32,000 nucleotides of DNA, taken from contig NZ_CP042911.1 in assembly GCF_008065095.1 (NCBI RefSeq), positions 3,015,829 to 3,047,828 on the forward strand. Reading direction: 5' to 3'. This document shows positions 1-9,320 of the stretch, in pieces. Every line of letters begins with the position of its first letter. The first letter of the stretch is position 1. Made by a program: the position numbers and the translations under genes. Below the pieces are notes generated by a model. It worked only from the letters and a program-made list of their open reading frames with translations, did no database searches and was not told the DNA's origin. The DNA comes from Gemmata obscuriglobus (GTDB lineage Bacteria > Planctomycetota > Planctomycetia > Gemmatales > Gemmataceae).

Positions 1-66
1 CGACTTGAAAGCCTTTCAACTTGCTGTTCCTGGGCAGGTGCCTAGGTGCCTGGAGCCGGCTCAAAG

Positions 67-2679
67 ATGAACTCGCACACCGACTCGCCGAACCAATCGG
101 GTGAGAGTCACGAGGAAACCGACCAGTCGGCGCCTGACGAGGTCAGTACTCCGCCGTTTACTTTGCAACTTCGGCTCGCGCGGCAGGCACTCGCGAACAA
201 TAATCCAGAGGCCGCGCTCTGTTTCCTCTATCCGGTGTTTGGCCTCAAACCTCACTCGTTTCACCTCCGGCGTCCGTTCCTCCCGTCCCCATCCAACTTC
301 TCGTCGAAGATCACGGAGGTTGTGCCGGAAGCCAGCGCACTTTTGTTGGTGGCGGCAGCGCAGACCGGCCAGATTCGTGATGCCCTTGCGGTCGCGATGG
401 CGGCAAACGGGCTGGTGCAGACCGTCAACGGCAACCACAAGGTCTTTTCGAGTGCGAGTGACTGGCTCGAGGTTTTGGAGAAAGTAAGCGACCTTAACCT
501 GCAACGGGGAACCGCGGCTCGGCTTGCTCGCTGGGCGCGAGAAGGGGTTCGCGTTCTTCGCGAACTTAGCGGGGCTGAATTGATTGAGGACGTCGTCGGT
601 CGGGACACTTTGAACGAGTGGTTCGAACAACCGCATCTCTTGATCGATCAACCTGCCAACGCCGAGGCACTCGCCGAATACTTGGCGGGCGAGCCGGTAA
701 CAGACCGGGAGATCGCCACGCTCGACATCGACGCCTTCATGCACGCGATTGAGCATCGTGATGGCTCTATCCCCGAAGGTGCGGTCGCCATCGCAATTGG
801 ACTGGCTCACGGCCTCAAAGCCCGCTCGTCTGAGGCACAGATTCCGGCGTTCATCAAGGGCGTGTTCGGCAAGGCCGTTACCGGCTCTTTCCTCGCGGAG
901 CTCGAACGTCGGCGCGTTCAACCGGAACGCGCCGTGGAACTCGCGCTCTTCGCCCTCGAACACGACCAGGGGCTGACCGACGCGGGCCGGGCCGAGTTAA
1001 CCGGGCGAGTGGTCGAACGTCTGGCCCAGCTTCCGCCGACTGCCCGCAAGTACCGCGAGCGGTTGCTCGGCCAGGCCGTTGAGTGGGCGCTCACGAACCA
1101 GGCCAGCGGGCATAGTCGGGAGAACTGGCCTGTGGTCGTGCTGTGCTTGGACCGCTTCCCCGGACCGCCCGCGCCGCGCGAGGCGTCCCCCGTCGTTGAG
1201 CTCGAGCGGGGTTCGGCTCCTATTACCGGACCAACGGACGAGGTCGGGGCGGACGTCTTGGCGGCTGGCGAATCGGACGGGGCGCCCGGCCTGACGGTTT
1301 CGGCGGCCGGGGAAGAGGAACCGAGGGCCGTGGGCGCCTTTTCGTACGACGAGCTGAGCTCGGCCGCCCTGGAAGCTGAGCGTGCGGACGAGACGCTTCC
1401 GCGCCGCGGTGCGCTCGAGAACACGCCCCGGCTGCCAGGCGATGGCCACCGCACTCTGGGCGAAGTGGTTGACCAAAGTGACCCTCGCCTCGCCTCGCTG
1501 CTCGGCCGCTATCCCGGTGACCCGGAGCGACCCGTCGTCTTGCTCGGTTTTCAGCCCGTCGGCCAACGCCTGCTCGTCTACACCGTCGAAGCGTCGGAAG
1601 GGAACCCACTTCGCTGGCGAGCGCGAGCTCTTGATGGCGCCGTGGACACGATCCAACGCGCCGTCGAAACCTTCGACGGCTCAATCGCGCGGGCCTGGCA
1701 GGATCATAAGCGCGCCGAGGTGCCCGACCGGAGCCGCGCGCTGGCCGACTCACTGCTCCACGAACTCGGCGCGCATCTCGCCGAGGTTGATGACCTGCTC
1801 AGCGCGGCGGTGTCCGACCTGTTGGCCGCCCACGATCCCGAGCCCAACATCCTGCTCACCGCCGCCGGCGCGGCCCAAGCCCTCCCGCTTGATTTGTTGA
1901 CCGTCCGGTTGGCCGGCGGTTCGGAGCGGCCGCTCGTGCACTGCGGGAGCACCGTTCGTTGGACACCGGGGCTGGTGCTTCAGGAGCGAATGGACACCAC
2001 CGGCAGGCGGTCGGGTGAGGGGACCGGCCGCTCGCTGGGGTGGCTCGCGTACCTGCCCGAACACGACCCAAACGGTCGGTTCGGCGGCTTCTTCAGAGAG
2101 AAGGAGGTCGAGAGCGAAAAGGATCGCTGGTCGCCCGGGGCGAAGTTCCTCCAGCGAACGAAGGGCCGTGGGTGCCAAGGGACGCAGGCGACCGCAGGGA
2201 ATCTGCGGTCGTATTCGGCTGGTCAGTTCAGCGACCTTCTCGTGTTGGCCCACGGCTGCTGGGACCGAGGCGCGGTCGTGCTTTGGGATGAGTTGGTGGA
2301 TTCCCTTGGGGCGGCCCAGTTGGACACGTTGTTCCTGGTCTCGTGCACGATAGGCCGACTCGGGTGGTCAGGTGCTGACGAGCCGATCAGTCACAGCTTG
2401 TTGTCCAACATTCTCGAGCAGGGGTCGGTCTCGCACCTGCTAGCCTTCCGCCACACGATTCCCGATACACCGGCGGTAAAGTTCGCTCTCCGAGTGCGCG
2501 AAGATACGGGTCGCGATCTGGCGCTCGCGCGGAGCGAGTTGTTAAAGTCTTGGTTCCCAAATGGGAGCGCGGCAACGAATGTTTGCCACCAACACCAAGT
2601 GAACACAGGTGATGCGTTCGAACGTTTCGTTGGTGCGGTCTCGATTGCGTACTCGGCAAAACTGGAACCGGTCCGGTGA
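67..2679 (+). CDS. CHAT-domain (caspase-like) protein, large N-terminal region of unknown function
   Basis: ORF 46..2679; internal ATG at 67 is a plausible start. C-terminal part contains FSDLLVLAHGCWDRGAVVLWDELV...LDTLFLVSCTIGRLGWSGADEPISHSLLSNILEQGSVSHLLAFRHTIPD, the His (AHG) and Cys (SC) dyad layout of CHAT proteases. Confidence 0.7.
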   Translation: MNSHTDSPNQSGESHEETDQSAPDEVSTPPFTLQLRLARQALANNNPEAALCFLYPVFGLKPHSFHLRRPFLPSPSNFSSKITEVVPEASALLLVAAAQTGQIRDALAVAMAANGLVQTVNGNHKVFSSASDWLEVLEKVSDLNLQRGTAARLARWAREGVRVLRELSGAELIEDVVGRDTLNEWFEQPHLLIDQPANAEALAEYLAGEPVTDREIATLDIDAFMHAIEHRDGSIPEGAVAIAIGLAHGLKARSSEAQIPAFIKGVFGKAVTGSFLAELERRRVQPERAVELALFALEHDQGLTDAGRAELTGRVVERLAQLPPTARKYRERLLGQAVEWALTNQASGHSRENWPVVVLCLDRFPGPPAPREASPVVELERGSAPITGPTDEVGADVLAAGESDGAPGLTVSAAGEEEPRAVGAFSYDELSSAALEAERADETLPRRGALENTPRLPGDGHRTLGEVVDQSDPRLASLLGRYPGDPERPVVLLGFQPVGQRLLVYTVEASEGNPLRWRARALDGAVDTIQRAVETFDGSIARAWQDHKRAEVPDRSRALADSLLHELGAHLAEVDDLLSAAVSDLLAAHDPEPNILLTAAGAAQALPLDLLTVRLAGGSERPLVHCGSTVRWTPGLVLQERMDTTGRRSGEGTGRSLGWLAYLPEHDPNGRFGGFFREKEVESEKDRWSPGAKFLQRTKGRGCQGTQATAGNLRSYSAGQFSDLLVLAHGCWDRGAVVLWDELVDSLGAAQLDTLFLVSCTIGRLGWSGADEPISHSLLSNILEQGSVSHLLAFRHTIPDTPAVKFALRVREDTGRDLALARSELLKSWFPNGSAATNVCHQHQVNTGDAFERFVGAVSIAYSAKLEPVR

Positions 2680-2739
2680 GGCCCATTCGCTGGTGAAGGT
2701 ACCCGCCCGTCGAGGGTGTGATTCACCGGGCGCGTACTG

Positions 2740-3848
2740 TACAGGGCCGGTTCGACGGCCATCAACTCGCGGCACACGCCCGCCGTGATCGCGCACGCGC
2801 CTTCAGCCCCTCGCTTGAGGAAGCCCCGCACCCCGGCCCGGAGCCACCCGAGGTAGGTCTGTCGGAACCCGCGCCGCGTCAGCGTCCCGTCCCGCACCCG
2901 CTTCCACTGGTCGAGCAGGATGTCGGCGTAGGTCAACAGGTCCTCGCCGACCCCCGACCCGCCGTTCCCCCGGTCGATCATGGCCTGGAAGTCTCGTCGG
3001 AGGTGCGCCCAGCAGACTTGGCGCTCGCACACAGGGAGGTGGTCGTAGGCCGAGTATCGGTCCGTGGTCAGCACTCCGGGATGGCCCGCGATCAACTCGC
3101 CCAGCACCTTCCGGGCACGGGACAGGCGGACCAGGAACACGGTCACGCGGGCGGTCACCGCGGCCCACAGCCAGCCCCGCTTGCGCCCCTCCGGCCACCC
3201 GGTCTCGTCCACGTTCGCGGGCTTCCCAACGACGTAGGCACGGGCCTCCTCAACGACCGGCCCCAAGGCGACCGCGGCCTTCCGCTGGAGGCCGCATACG
3301 GCGGCCGGGCTGATCGGTACCCCGGACAGGTCCTGGCACAGCCGCGCGACGCCCCGCTTGCCGATCCGGTACGCCCCGCTGAGGAGCGCGCACACCGCCT
3401 GGACCCGCGGCCCGTACCCGCCTCGGGCATCACCCGGTAGGGGCGGGCGGTTGATACGCCCGCAGTTCGGGCACGCGAGCCGGTGCCGACGATATTCGGT
3501 CACCTGCGGGCAAACCGGCGGTAACTCGATGATCTGGTGGCGGAGCGGTTGCGCATCACCCCCGGAGAGCGCGTGTGCGCACCGGTCACAGGTGCTCGGC
3601 CGCAACTCGATGACGTTGTCCGCGGGCAGGTCGGAACGGGAGTGCTTAGGGTGCCCCGGCTGGCCGCCCTTGCGCCTGCTGGATGGGGCCTTCGGCGGGG
3701 CGGCCTTGACGTGCGGCGGGTCGGACGACGGGGGCTTTGAGGAGTTCGTCGAGTTCTGCCCGAGCCGGGCTTCGAGGTAACGGATGTATGCCTGCACCGC
3801 CGGGGGAAGCGCGTCGAAGACCTCAGGTGGTAGCGTTGGAGATGCCAT
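2740..3848 (-). pseudogene. IS66-family transposase, 3'-truncated
   Basis: ORF 2391..3887 (-): LGQNSTNSSKPPSSDPPH, GGQPGHPKHSR, CPNCGR, ANVDETGWPEGRKRGWLWAAVT, RYSAYDHLPVCERQVCWAHLRRDFQAM are IS66 landmarks. The usual C-terminal ...VPPTNNAAERALR block is missing; similarity ends near EPALYS (about 2740) and the rest of the ORF is antisense to the CHAT gene. Confidence 0.85.
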
Positions 3849-3928
3849 GCCGCAGAAGGAATACGGAGCAAGACTCACAGCGGCCACAACCGTGAACGCC
3901 TACACCAGGAGATAAATAGCTGAGACTT

Positions 3929-4199
3929 TAGTACTACTCCGTTACTTCGCCACAACTAATTAAATTGTCGCGATTTATGGCGATCTACACCTACAGGTCC
4001 GTGCCCCCGCAATGGGTTCAAATCCCAGCGATTCTGGCTAGTCCGTTCACGAGAGCAGCAAACATTCCGCCGTGGCAGTGAGCATTCCATTTGACTCAAG
4101 TCCAGATCCTACAAGATGTTCCGTCAAGGTGCATTCCGGAGGGGTGTGCATAACACGTTGTAAAACAAGCAGTTGCGGCGAGGTAACGGAGTAGTATTA
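3929..4199. repeat. Imperfect ~29-bp inverted repeat pair (about 3929-3957 and 4171-4199) enclosing ~210 bp
   Basis: ACTACTCCGTTACTTCGCCACAAC (3933-3956) versus reverse complement of GTTGCGGCGAGGTAACGGAGTAGT: 2 mismatches in 24 bp, with partial matching further outward. Confidence 0.65.
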
Positions 4200-4246
4200 G
4201 AGGCTCTGAGGGGCCGGCAATGCACGCCGCCGGCACCTGGAATTGC

Positions 4247-5647
4247 CTAGCGGATTACCCTGGCCACCGCATCCAGTGCCTCTTCTGGTACGAAGAGACG
4301 ATCCGTCTCTGGCAAGGGCTGGGAAAGTGTTCTGAAGCTGTCATCGTCCCGAATAGGGGCCGCCCCTCCTGAGTCATCTACAAAATAACCCCATTCGCTC
4401 GGCGCCTTCGATAACAATGAAAACTTCGGGTGGTCCCGGACGAGATAAGATTCTGGCTCCTTGAAGCCACTATCGATAAGCGCCTTGTTGATCTTCGGAT
4501 ACGCCTCGGGTGATTTCAGAAAACTACTAATCTGTTCAGAAGATCGCGGAACAGATTTGAATAAGGTGCGGGTTCGTATCCTCTTGGCGAGATCGACCAC
4601 GATGGGATCCGCTCCATCAGCCTGAGCCACAATTTCGACAAGCACGTGCAAGGCGAAGTCATCAGCGGACAACAGGGCTTGAAGTGTCACCACTTTGCCG
4701 GCGACCATGTCCATCAAAGGCCCAACGATTCGGTCGCGAGAGAAAGCCGCGAATTGTCCGTCGCGCACGACGGTTTTTAAGCGGCGCAGAAAGAGCGCCA
4801 CCATCCCCTCCGCCGCCCTGACGGTGCGGTGGTAGTACACGGCTTCGTACATGGCACGTCGTGCCACCAAAAAATGCTCGACCACGCGTCTCGATTTGGC
4901 CCGATCGAATCCCACGACAAGTGTCTTTTCGTTTGTTGTCCCCAGTGCGCACGTCGAGATCAACCGACTGAGGTCATATCCCCCAAACGTAACGCCGCAC
5001 TGCTGGCTGTCACGGCGAAGGAAATCGCTGCGGTCGACGTCGATATCGCTATCCAGTAGTCGCGGCAGGTAGGGCAGGTGATACTCGCCAAGCAAAAATG
5101 CACCGATCCGTTCAGCCATCCCGCGCTCGTAAGATTCGAGCATTTGGTGCAGTTCGCCCTCGGGCCAAGCGAGCAGAGCCTGTCCCACGAGAACGTGCCA
5201 CTTCAGCCTGCGCCCTCCCACGGCGCCTGCTGCGGCTGGAAGCCCGAGCCCCTGTCTCCAATTACCCTCGTCGTAGTCCTCACCAATGATCTCGCGCTCC
5301 CATGCGTGCGAGAGGGGCCCGTGCCCGAGGTCGTGAAACAGCGCCGCGAGTGCGAAGTCCCTGATCGCCACCTCGTCGGGGAGCAGAAACGGTGTGATCG
5401 AGTCGCGCCCTACTTCTTGAATGTGCCTGCCAAAGAGTACCGCGAGGTAGGCAGCGCCGATTGAATGAACGAGTCGAGAGTGCTCGCCGCCGGGGAACAC
5501 TAGATGCACAAGCCCGAGCTGGCGGATGTGGCGGAGCCTCTGAATTTCGCGGGTACGAAGCACCTCCACGATGAGCGTCTCCATGCCCCTAAATTCCATG
5601 AGGCCGTGGACACTGTCTTGGATACGCCTTACACGACTCGACCGCAT
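4247..5647 (-). CDS. HD-superfamily phosphohydrolase (COG1078 / dNTPase-like)
   Basis: RRIQDSVHGLMEF...IQRLRHIRQLGLVHLVFPGGEHSRLVHSIGAAYLA...LAALFHDLGHGPLSHAWE: canonical H...HD signature of dGTPase/SAMHD1-like HD proteins. Confidence 0.88.
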   Translation of the reverse strand: MRSSRVRRIQDSVHGLMEFRGMETLIVEVLRTREIQRLRHIRQLGLVHLVFPGGEHSRLVHSIGAAYLAVLFGRHIQEVGRDSITPFLLPDEVAIRDFALAALFHDLGHGPLSHAWEREIIGEDYDEGNWRQGLGLPAAAGAVGGRRLKWHVLVGQALLAWPEGELHQMLESYERGMAERIGAFLLGEYHLPYLPRLLDSDIDVDRSDFLRRDSQQCGVTFGGYDLSRLISTCALGTTNEKTLVVGFDRAKSRRVVEHFLVARRAMYEAVYYHRTVRAAEGMVALFLRRLKTVVRDGQFAAFSRDRIVGPLMDMVAGKVVTLQALLSADDFALHVLVEIVAQADGADPIVVDLAKRIRTRTLFKSVPRSSEQISSFLKSPEAYPKINKALIDSGFKEPESYLVRDHPKFSLLSKAPSEWGYFVDDSGGAAPIRDDDSFRTLSQPLPETDRLFVPEEALDAVARVIR

Positions 5648-5650
5648 AGC

Positions 5651-6979
5651 TCACCCCAGCAATTCAATAAGCGCATCGATCTCGGATTCTCTGCCTCGGG
5701 CCGCCCTAGAGAATGTCCGTAACTGCCTTAGCCGTTCTCTGAGGCGCTGCTTACTCGCCGCCGGCATTCTGAGCACTGCGTTGGTGCGCGGCAGGTGCTG
5801 CAAGAGCTGTTCGAGTTCCGTCTCGATCGCCACGCTCCCGCTACCGATCCCGGACAAAAAGGCGCCCAACTTCTGACCACACAGATGAACGAGTTCCTTC
5901 GCGGTCGCTCGCCTTTCTGGAGCGGCTACCAGCGCCCGCGCCAAGACCGCCCGAAGAGGGTCTGGCACCGAGTCCAGCCTGACGCGTTGCTCCCACTGGG
6001 TGCGCATCCGGTCTCGGATTTTTCCCTCGAATGCTTTTCTCTCAGCGGGGGTCGATGTGCGTGGAACTCTCTCATTGTCGTCGATGAAGAGAAAACTCCC
6101 AGTCACCGCCTTGTACACCGTTGCCCCTAGCGCCCAGACATCGAACTTTCTGGGCTCTGAGGGGTAGGGGCCGTCTTCAAAAAGTTCCGGCGCGCGCGTG
6201 CGAAGACTGCCGGTGACCGACAGTTCGTGTGTGAAATCGCAGGACGTGCGGCAGATGCCGAAATCAAGCAGAATGTACGAACCGTCCTTCTGCCCGATGT
6301 TGTCCGGCTTGATGTCCCCGTGAACGAGTGCCAGTTCGCCGTGCAGGTACGCTATGGCCTGGGCGATGTCGTACAAAAGGTTCGCGGCCTCGTGGGTGCC
6401 ATTGGCACGCCAGGCGTCATTGAGGGCGAAGGGTAGCTTTTCTTCAACGAGAAACTTGTCGCCTTTGACGTTCTGCAGCGGATGTGTGGCGATGATGTTC
6501 GGGTGGCGCATCGCGAGCGGGTGCGACTGAAGTTCTCGGTCTAGAATGAGCTCCTGCTGGGTGCGGTTCCCGAGTAACCGTTTGAGTACAACTTCGCGCT
6601 GCGCCTGCTTCCACTTCGCGTGGTAGACCCTCTTTTGGCTCCCCGTTCGAGACATCGCGGAGATAATCGTGAACCCTTCGGGTGGAATGAGGTTGATGCA
6701 ATCAATGACGGCATCAGGATCGTTTTGGTGCGCGCGGATGAATTTAACAATAAAATTACAATCAATCGGAGACTGAGGACCGTTGCTGAGCTGCTCAATG
6801 AGTTTGCTCAAAAGGCTCGCTGCATTCTCATCCGTCCAGGGATGATCGAGAGCGGTAGCCATCGCCGCCCAATCTTCATCTGACAGTTTTGCGAGAGGAT
6901 GAAACGTATCGTCAATCCTCGCACTCTCGTCGAGAAGCGATTCGAGTACTGATTTGGTTTTTTCCCCCAGGCCAGCCAT
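5651..6979 (-). CDS. Hanks-type serine/threonine protein kinase with N-terminal extension
   Basis: ORF 5651..7429 (-); likely start MAGLGEK at 6979, before the insertion sequence. Motifs VVLKRLL, ALVHGDIKPDNIG, ILLDFGICR, GSLRTRAPELF. 3 bp between its stop and the HD gene start. Confidence 0.88.
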   Translation of the reverse strand: MAGLGEKTKSVLESLLDESARIDDTFHPLAKLSDEDWAAMATALDHPWTDENAASLLSKLIEQLSNGPQSPIDCNFIVKFIRAHQNDPDAVIDCINLIPPEGFTIISAMSRTGSQKRVYHAKWKQAQREVVLKRLLGNRTQQELILDRELQSHPLAMRHPNIIATHPLQNVKGDKFLVEEKLPFALNDAWRANGTHEAANLLYDIAQAIAYLHGELALVHGDIKPDNIGQKDGSYILLDFGICRTSCDFTHELSVTGSLRTRAPELFEDGPYPSEPRKFDVWALGATVYKAVTGSFLFIDDNERVPRTSTPAERKAFEGKIRDRMRTQWEQRVRLDSVPDPLRAVLARALVAAPERRATAKELVHLCGQKLGAFLSGIGSGSVAIETELEQLLQHLPRTNAVLRMPAASKQRLRERLRQLRTFSRAARGRESEIDALIELLG

Positions 6980-7024
6980 TTTATGCTGCCCTGTGGTGAA
7001 GCTGCTACGTTGGTTGCTGCCAGT

Positions 7025-7035
7025 CGTCACGAGAG
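7025..7035. repeat. Left target-site duplication CGTCACGAGAG
   Basis: Identical to 8767-8777; abuts the left terminal inverted repeat. Confidence 0.85.
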
Positions 7036-8766
7036 AGGTCACGCCACGGTTTGCAGTAGGCCTTGCGGTCCTCGGGGCACGGGATAGGAAAAGCGCGGGG
7101 CGATTTCGCCGCAACTCTCGTGCGGGGCGAGTCATGAGCACACCGCGTTTCACGGCCGAGGAACTCGACCGCCTTCGAGCACTGGCGGCGGAGTGGGGCA
7201 AAATCGTTTCCAAGCGGGCGTTCGGGGACGACGGGCCGGGATTGGACGTGGACTTCCGGACGATGGAGCAGATCGCCACCGCGGCGGCACAAGGGCTCAC
7301 CGAAGGTGCCCTCCAGCAGATGCTCCACCAGCAGGCCCGGAAGGTGCCCGAACAGGTTCCGTGTCCGGTGTGTGGCGAGCCGTGCCCGACCCGACCACAC
7401 ACCCGCACCCTGGCGGCCCAAGGGGCCACGGTTCAACAGGCCGAACGGATCGCCCATTGTCCCGCCTGCCGGCGGGACTTTTTCCCCCCTGCGGCTGGCC
7501 CTCGGGCTGGATGAGCACGGGTACAGTTCCTCGGTCGTTCAACGCATCGTCACGGCCGCCGCCCGGTTCTCCTCGTTCCGGGATGCCGCCGAGGCGGTGC
7601 GGATGACCGGGGTCACGATCAGCGACAACCAGGTGCGCCGACTGGCTCACGAGGTCGGGCACGAGTTGATCGCGCGGCGCGATCGGAAGGCGGTCGAGCA
7701 CCGGCGCCGCCAGTTAGAGCCGCGGACCGCGGTGGTGCCCGTGGCCGTGGTGGTCGAGGTCGATGGGGGGCGCATCCGCACCCGCGCCGCGGGCGCCGGC
7801 CCGGGTGTTCACGAGGCCCAGAACAAGGAGGACAAGGTGGCGTGCCTGGCCACCCTGAGTGGCCCCACGTTCGCCACGGACCCGTGCCCCGAGCCGCCCG
7901 AGTCGTTCCGCTGCCCGCGCCGGGTGCGGCGCCTGGTGCAGCAGATGAAGGGCCCGGCGGGCGAGGTCGCGCCCCCGGAAACCGTGGACGAATCGACGCC
8001 CCCGGTGCCGGCCGGGGAACCCGAAGGGGCCGAGCGGTGGTCCCCGACGCGGTTGGTGCGGACGTGCGTGGCGAGCCTGGAGGGGAGTACCGCGTTCGGC
8101 CCGATGATGGCCGCCGAGGCCCAGGAGCGGCGCTTCTATGAGGCCCCGCGTCGGGCGTTCGTAGCCGACGGTCAGGCGTACAACTGGACCATCTGGCGCG
8201 GGTACTTTGGTGCGTTCGAGCCGATCGTGGATTTCCTGCACGCGGTGTGTTACGTGTTCTCGTCGGCCGCGGCCGTGAGCCCCGATGAGGCGTCGGGTTG
8301 GTCCCAATACGTGGCCTGGATGCGCGCGTGCTGGCAGGGTCGCGTTGGAGAAGTGCTCACCGAACTGGATCAGTGGCAGGCGCGGCTGGGTGAGCCCCCA
8401 CCGGGTGAGGCGGCGACGGCCGAGGAGCGCCGGGACCCGCGCCGGGTGGTGGCGCACGCGCGGACCTACTTGGGGAACAATCGGGATCGCATGGCGTACC
8501 CGCGATACCGGCGCAACGGGCTACCGACGACGAGTAGCTTGGTCGAGTCACTGGTGGGCGAGATCAACGCCCGGGTGAAGAGCACACAGAAGCATTGGAC
8601 CCGGCCCGACGGTGCCGAATCGATCCTGCAACTGCGGGCCGCCGTGCTGAGCCAAGACGACCGGCTCCCACGGTTCTTCGCCGAACGGCCGGGCTCCTCG
8701 TTCCGCAAACGAGATACACTCTGCCACAAATCAGAGGGTGCCACAGCACAAACCGTGGCGTGACCT
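7036..8766 (+). mobile_element. Insertion sequence, ISKra4-like (1731 bp)
   Basis: Perfect 18-bp terminal inverted repeats AGGTCACGCCACGGTTTG (7036-7053) and CAAACCGTGGCGTGACCT (8749-8766), directly flanked by 11-bp direct repeats CGTCACGAGAG at 7025-7035 and 8767-8777; transposase inside. Confidence 0.88.
7134..8763 (+). pseudogene. ISKra4-like transposase in two frames (frameshift at C6 run 7484-7489)
   Basis: Frame 1: MSTPRFTAEELDRLR...CPVCGEPCPTRPHTR...AERIAHCPACRRDFFPP; continues +1 as ...LRLALGLDEHGYSSSVVQRIVTAAARFSSFRDAAEAV...VVEVDGGRIRTRAAG...FVADGQAYNWTIWRGYFGAFEPIVDFLHAVCYV...NGLPTTSSLVESLVGEINARVKSTQKHW. Could be a pseudogene or programmed frameshift. Confidence 0.7.
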
Positions 8767-8777
8767 CGTCACGAGAG
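8767..8777. repeat. Right target-site duplication CGTCACGAGAG
   Basis: Identical to 7025-7035; abuts the right terminal inverted repeat. Confidence 0.85.
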
Positions 8778-9035
8778 CGGGCGCATCGTCAGCCATGTCT
8801 GCCCCCTGCGGGGAATTCGCGGGTTAACCCGATTCTGATGATTGTATCGATGGCTGAAAGCATCAGAAATGTGGCCACACGTACAGTATCACTGTGTGTG
8901 TGGCCCCTTCGTTGCCGTGCATCCGTGCGTCGCGCACTGTTTACTAAACACGAAATTGCTCCCAAACGAACGTTGCAACCTGCGTGGCCTCACCCAGAGG
9001 CGAGGTGACGCAGACGCGAACGCACTCGGCGAGAC

Positions 9036-9320
9036 TCACTCGACTGTCCACAGAATGACTGAGTCCTTGTCCTTCACGTATATGCGGTTCCCGATCGCGA
9101 TCGGGTACGCGTACGTCGCGCTCGCCCCCACCTTATAACTCGCGAGTTTCTTGAACTCCTTGTCACTCGGCTCGAACACGGTGAGCTGTCCGTTGGGCGG
9201 AAGCGCGAGCAGCACCGCACCGGCGTCGACGATGTTGCCTTACCCGCGTCCACCGGGGAGTGGCTCGGTCCAGGAGGTTTTGCCCGTTTCGGAACTCACG
9301 CAAAAGAGGGCGTCCGACGA
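9036..9320 (-). pseudogene. 3' remnant of a PQQ-like beta-propeller gene (frame broken near 9240)
   Basis: Reverse strand reads DALFCVSSETGKTSWTEPLPGGRG (stop/frame break) then NIVDAGAVLLALPPNGQLTVFEPSDKEFKKLASYKVGASATYAYPIAIGNRIYVKDKDSVILWTVE*, typical PQQ-propeller C-terminus. Confidence 0.65.

Noticed and set aside
2391-2739. C-terminal ~115 aa of the IS66 ORF
   Set aside because: Antisense to the CHAT gene and lacks IS66 similarity; it is a run-on beyond the truncation.
4013-4027. Functional tRNA gene
   Set aside because: Only a T-arm-like segment is visible; no matching 5' acceptor or anticodon arm found, so kept only as a weak fragment observation.
6980-7429. N-terminal extension of the kinase ORF into the IS
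   Set aside because: Sequence is antisense to the transposase and crosses the IS boundary at 7036; ATG at 6979 is the natural start.
8831-8912. Hairpin GGCCACAC...GTGTGGCC after the IS as a terminator
   Set aside because: 8-bp stem with ~15-nt loop and no T-tract; not convincing.
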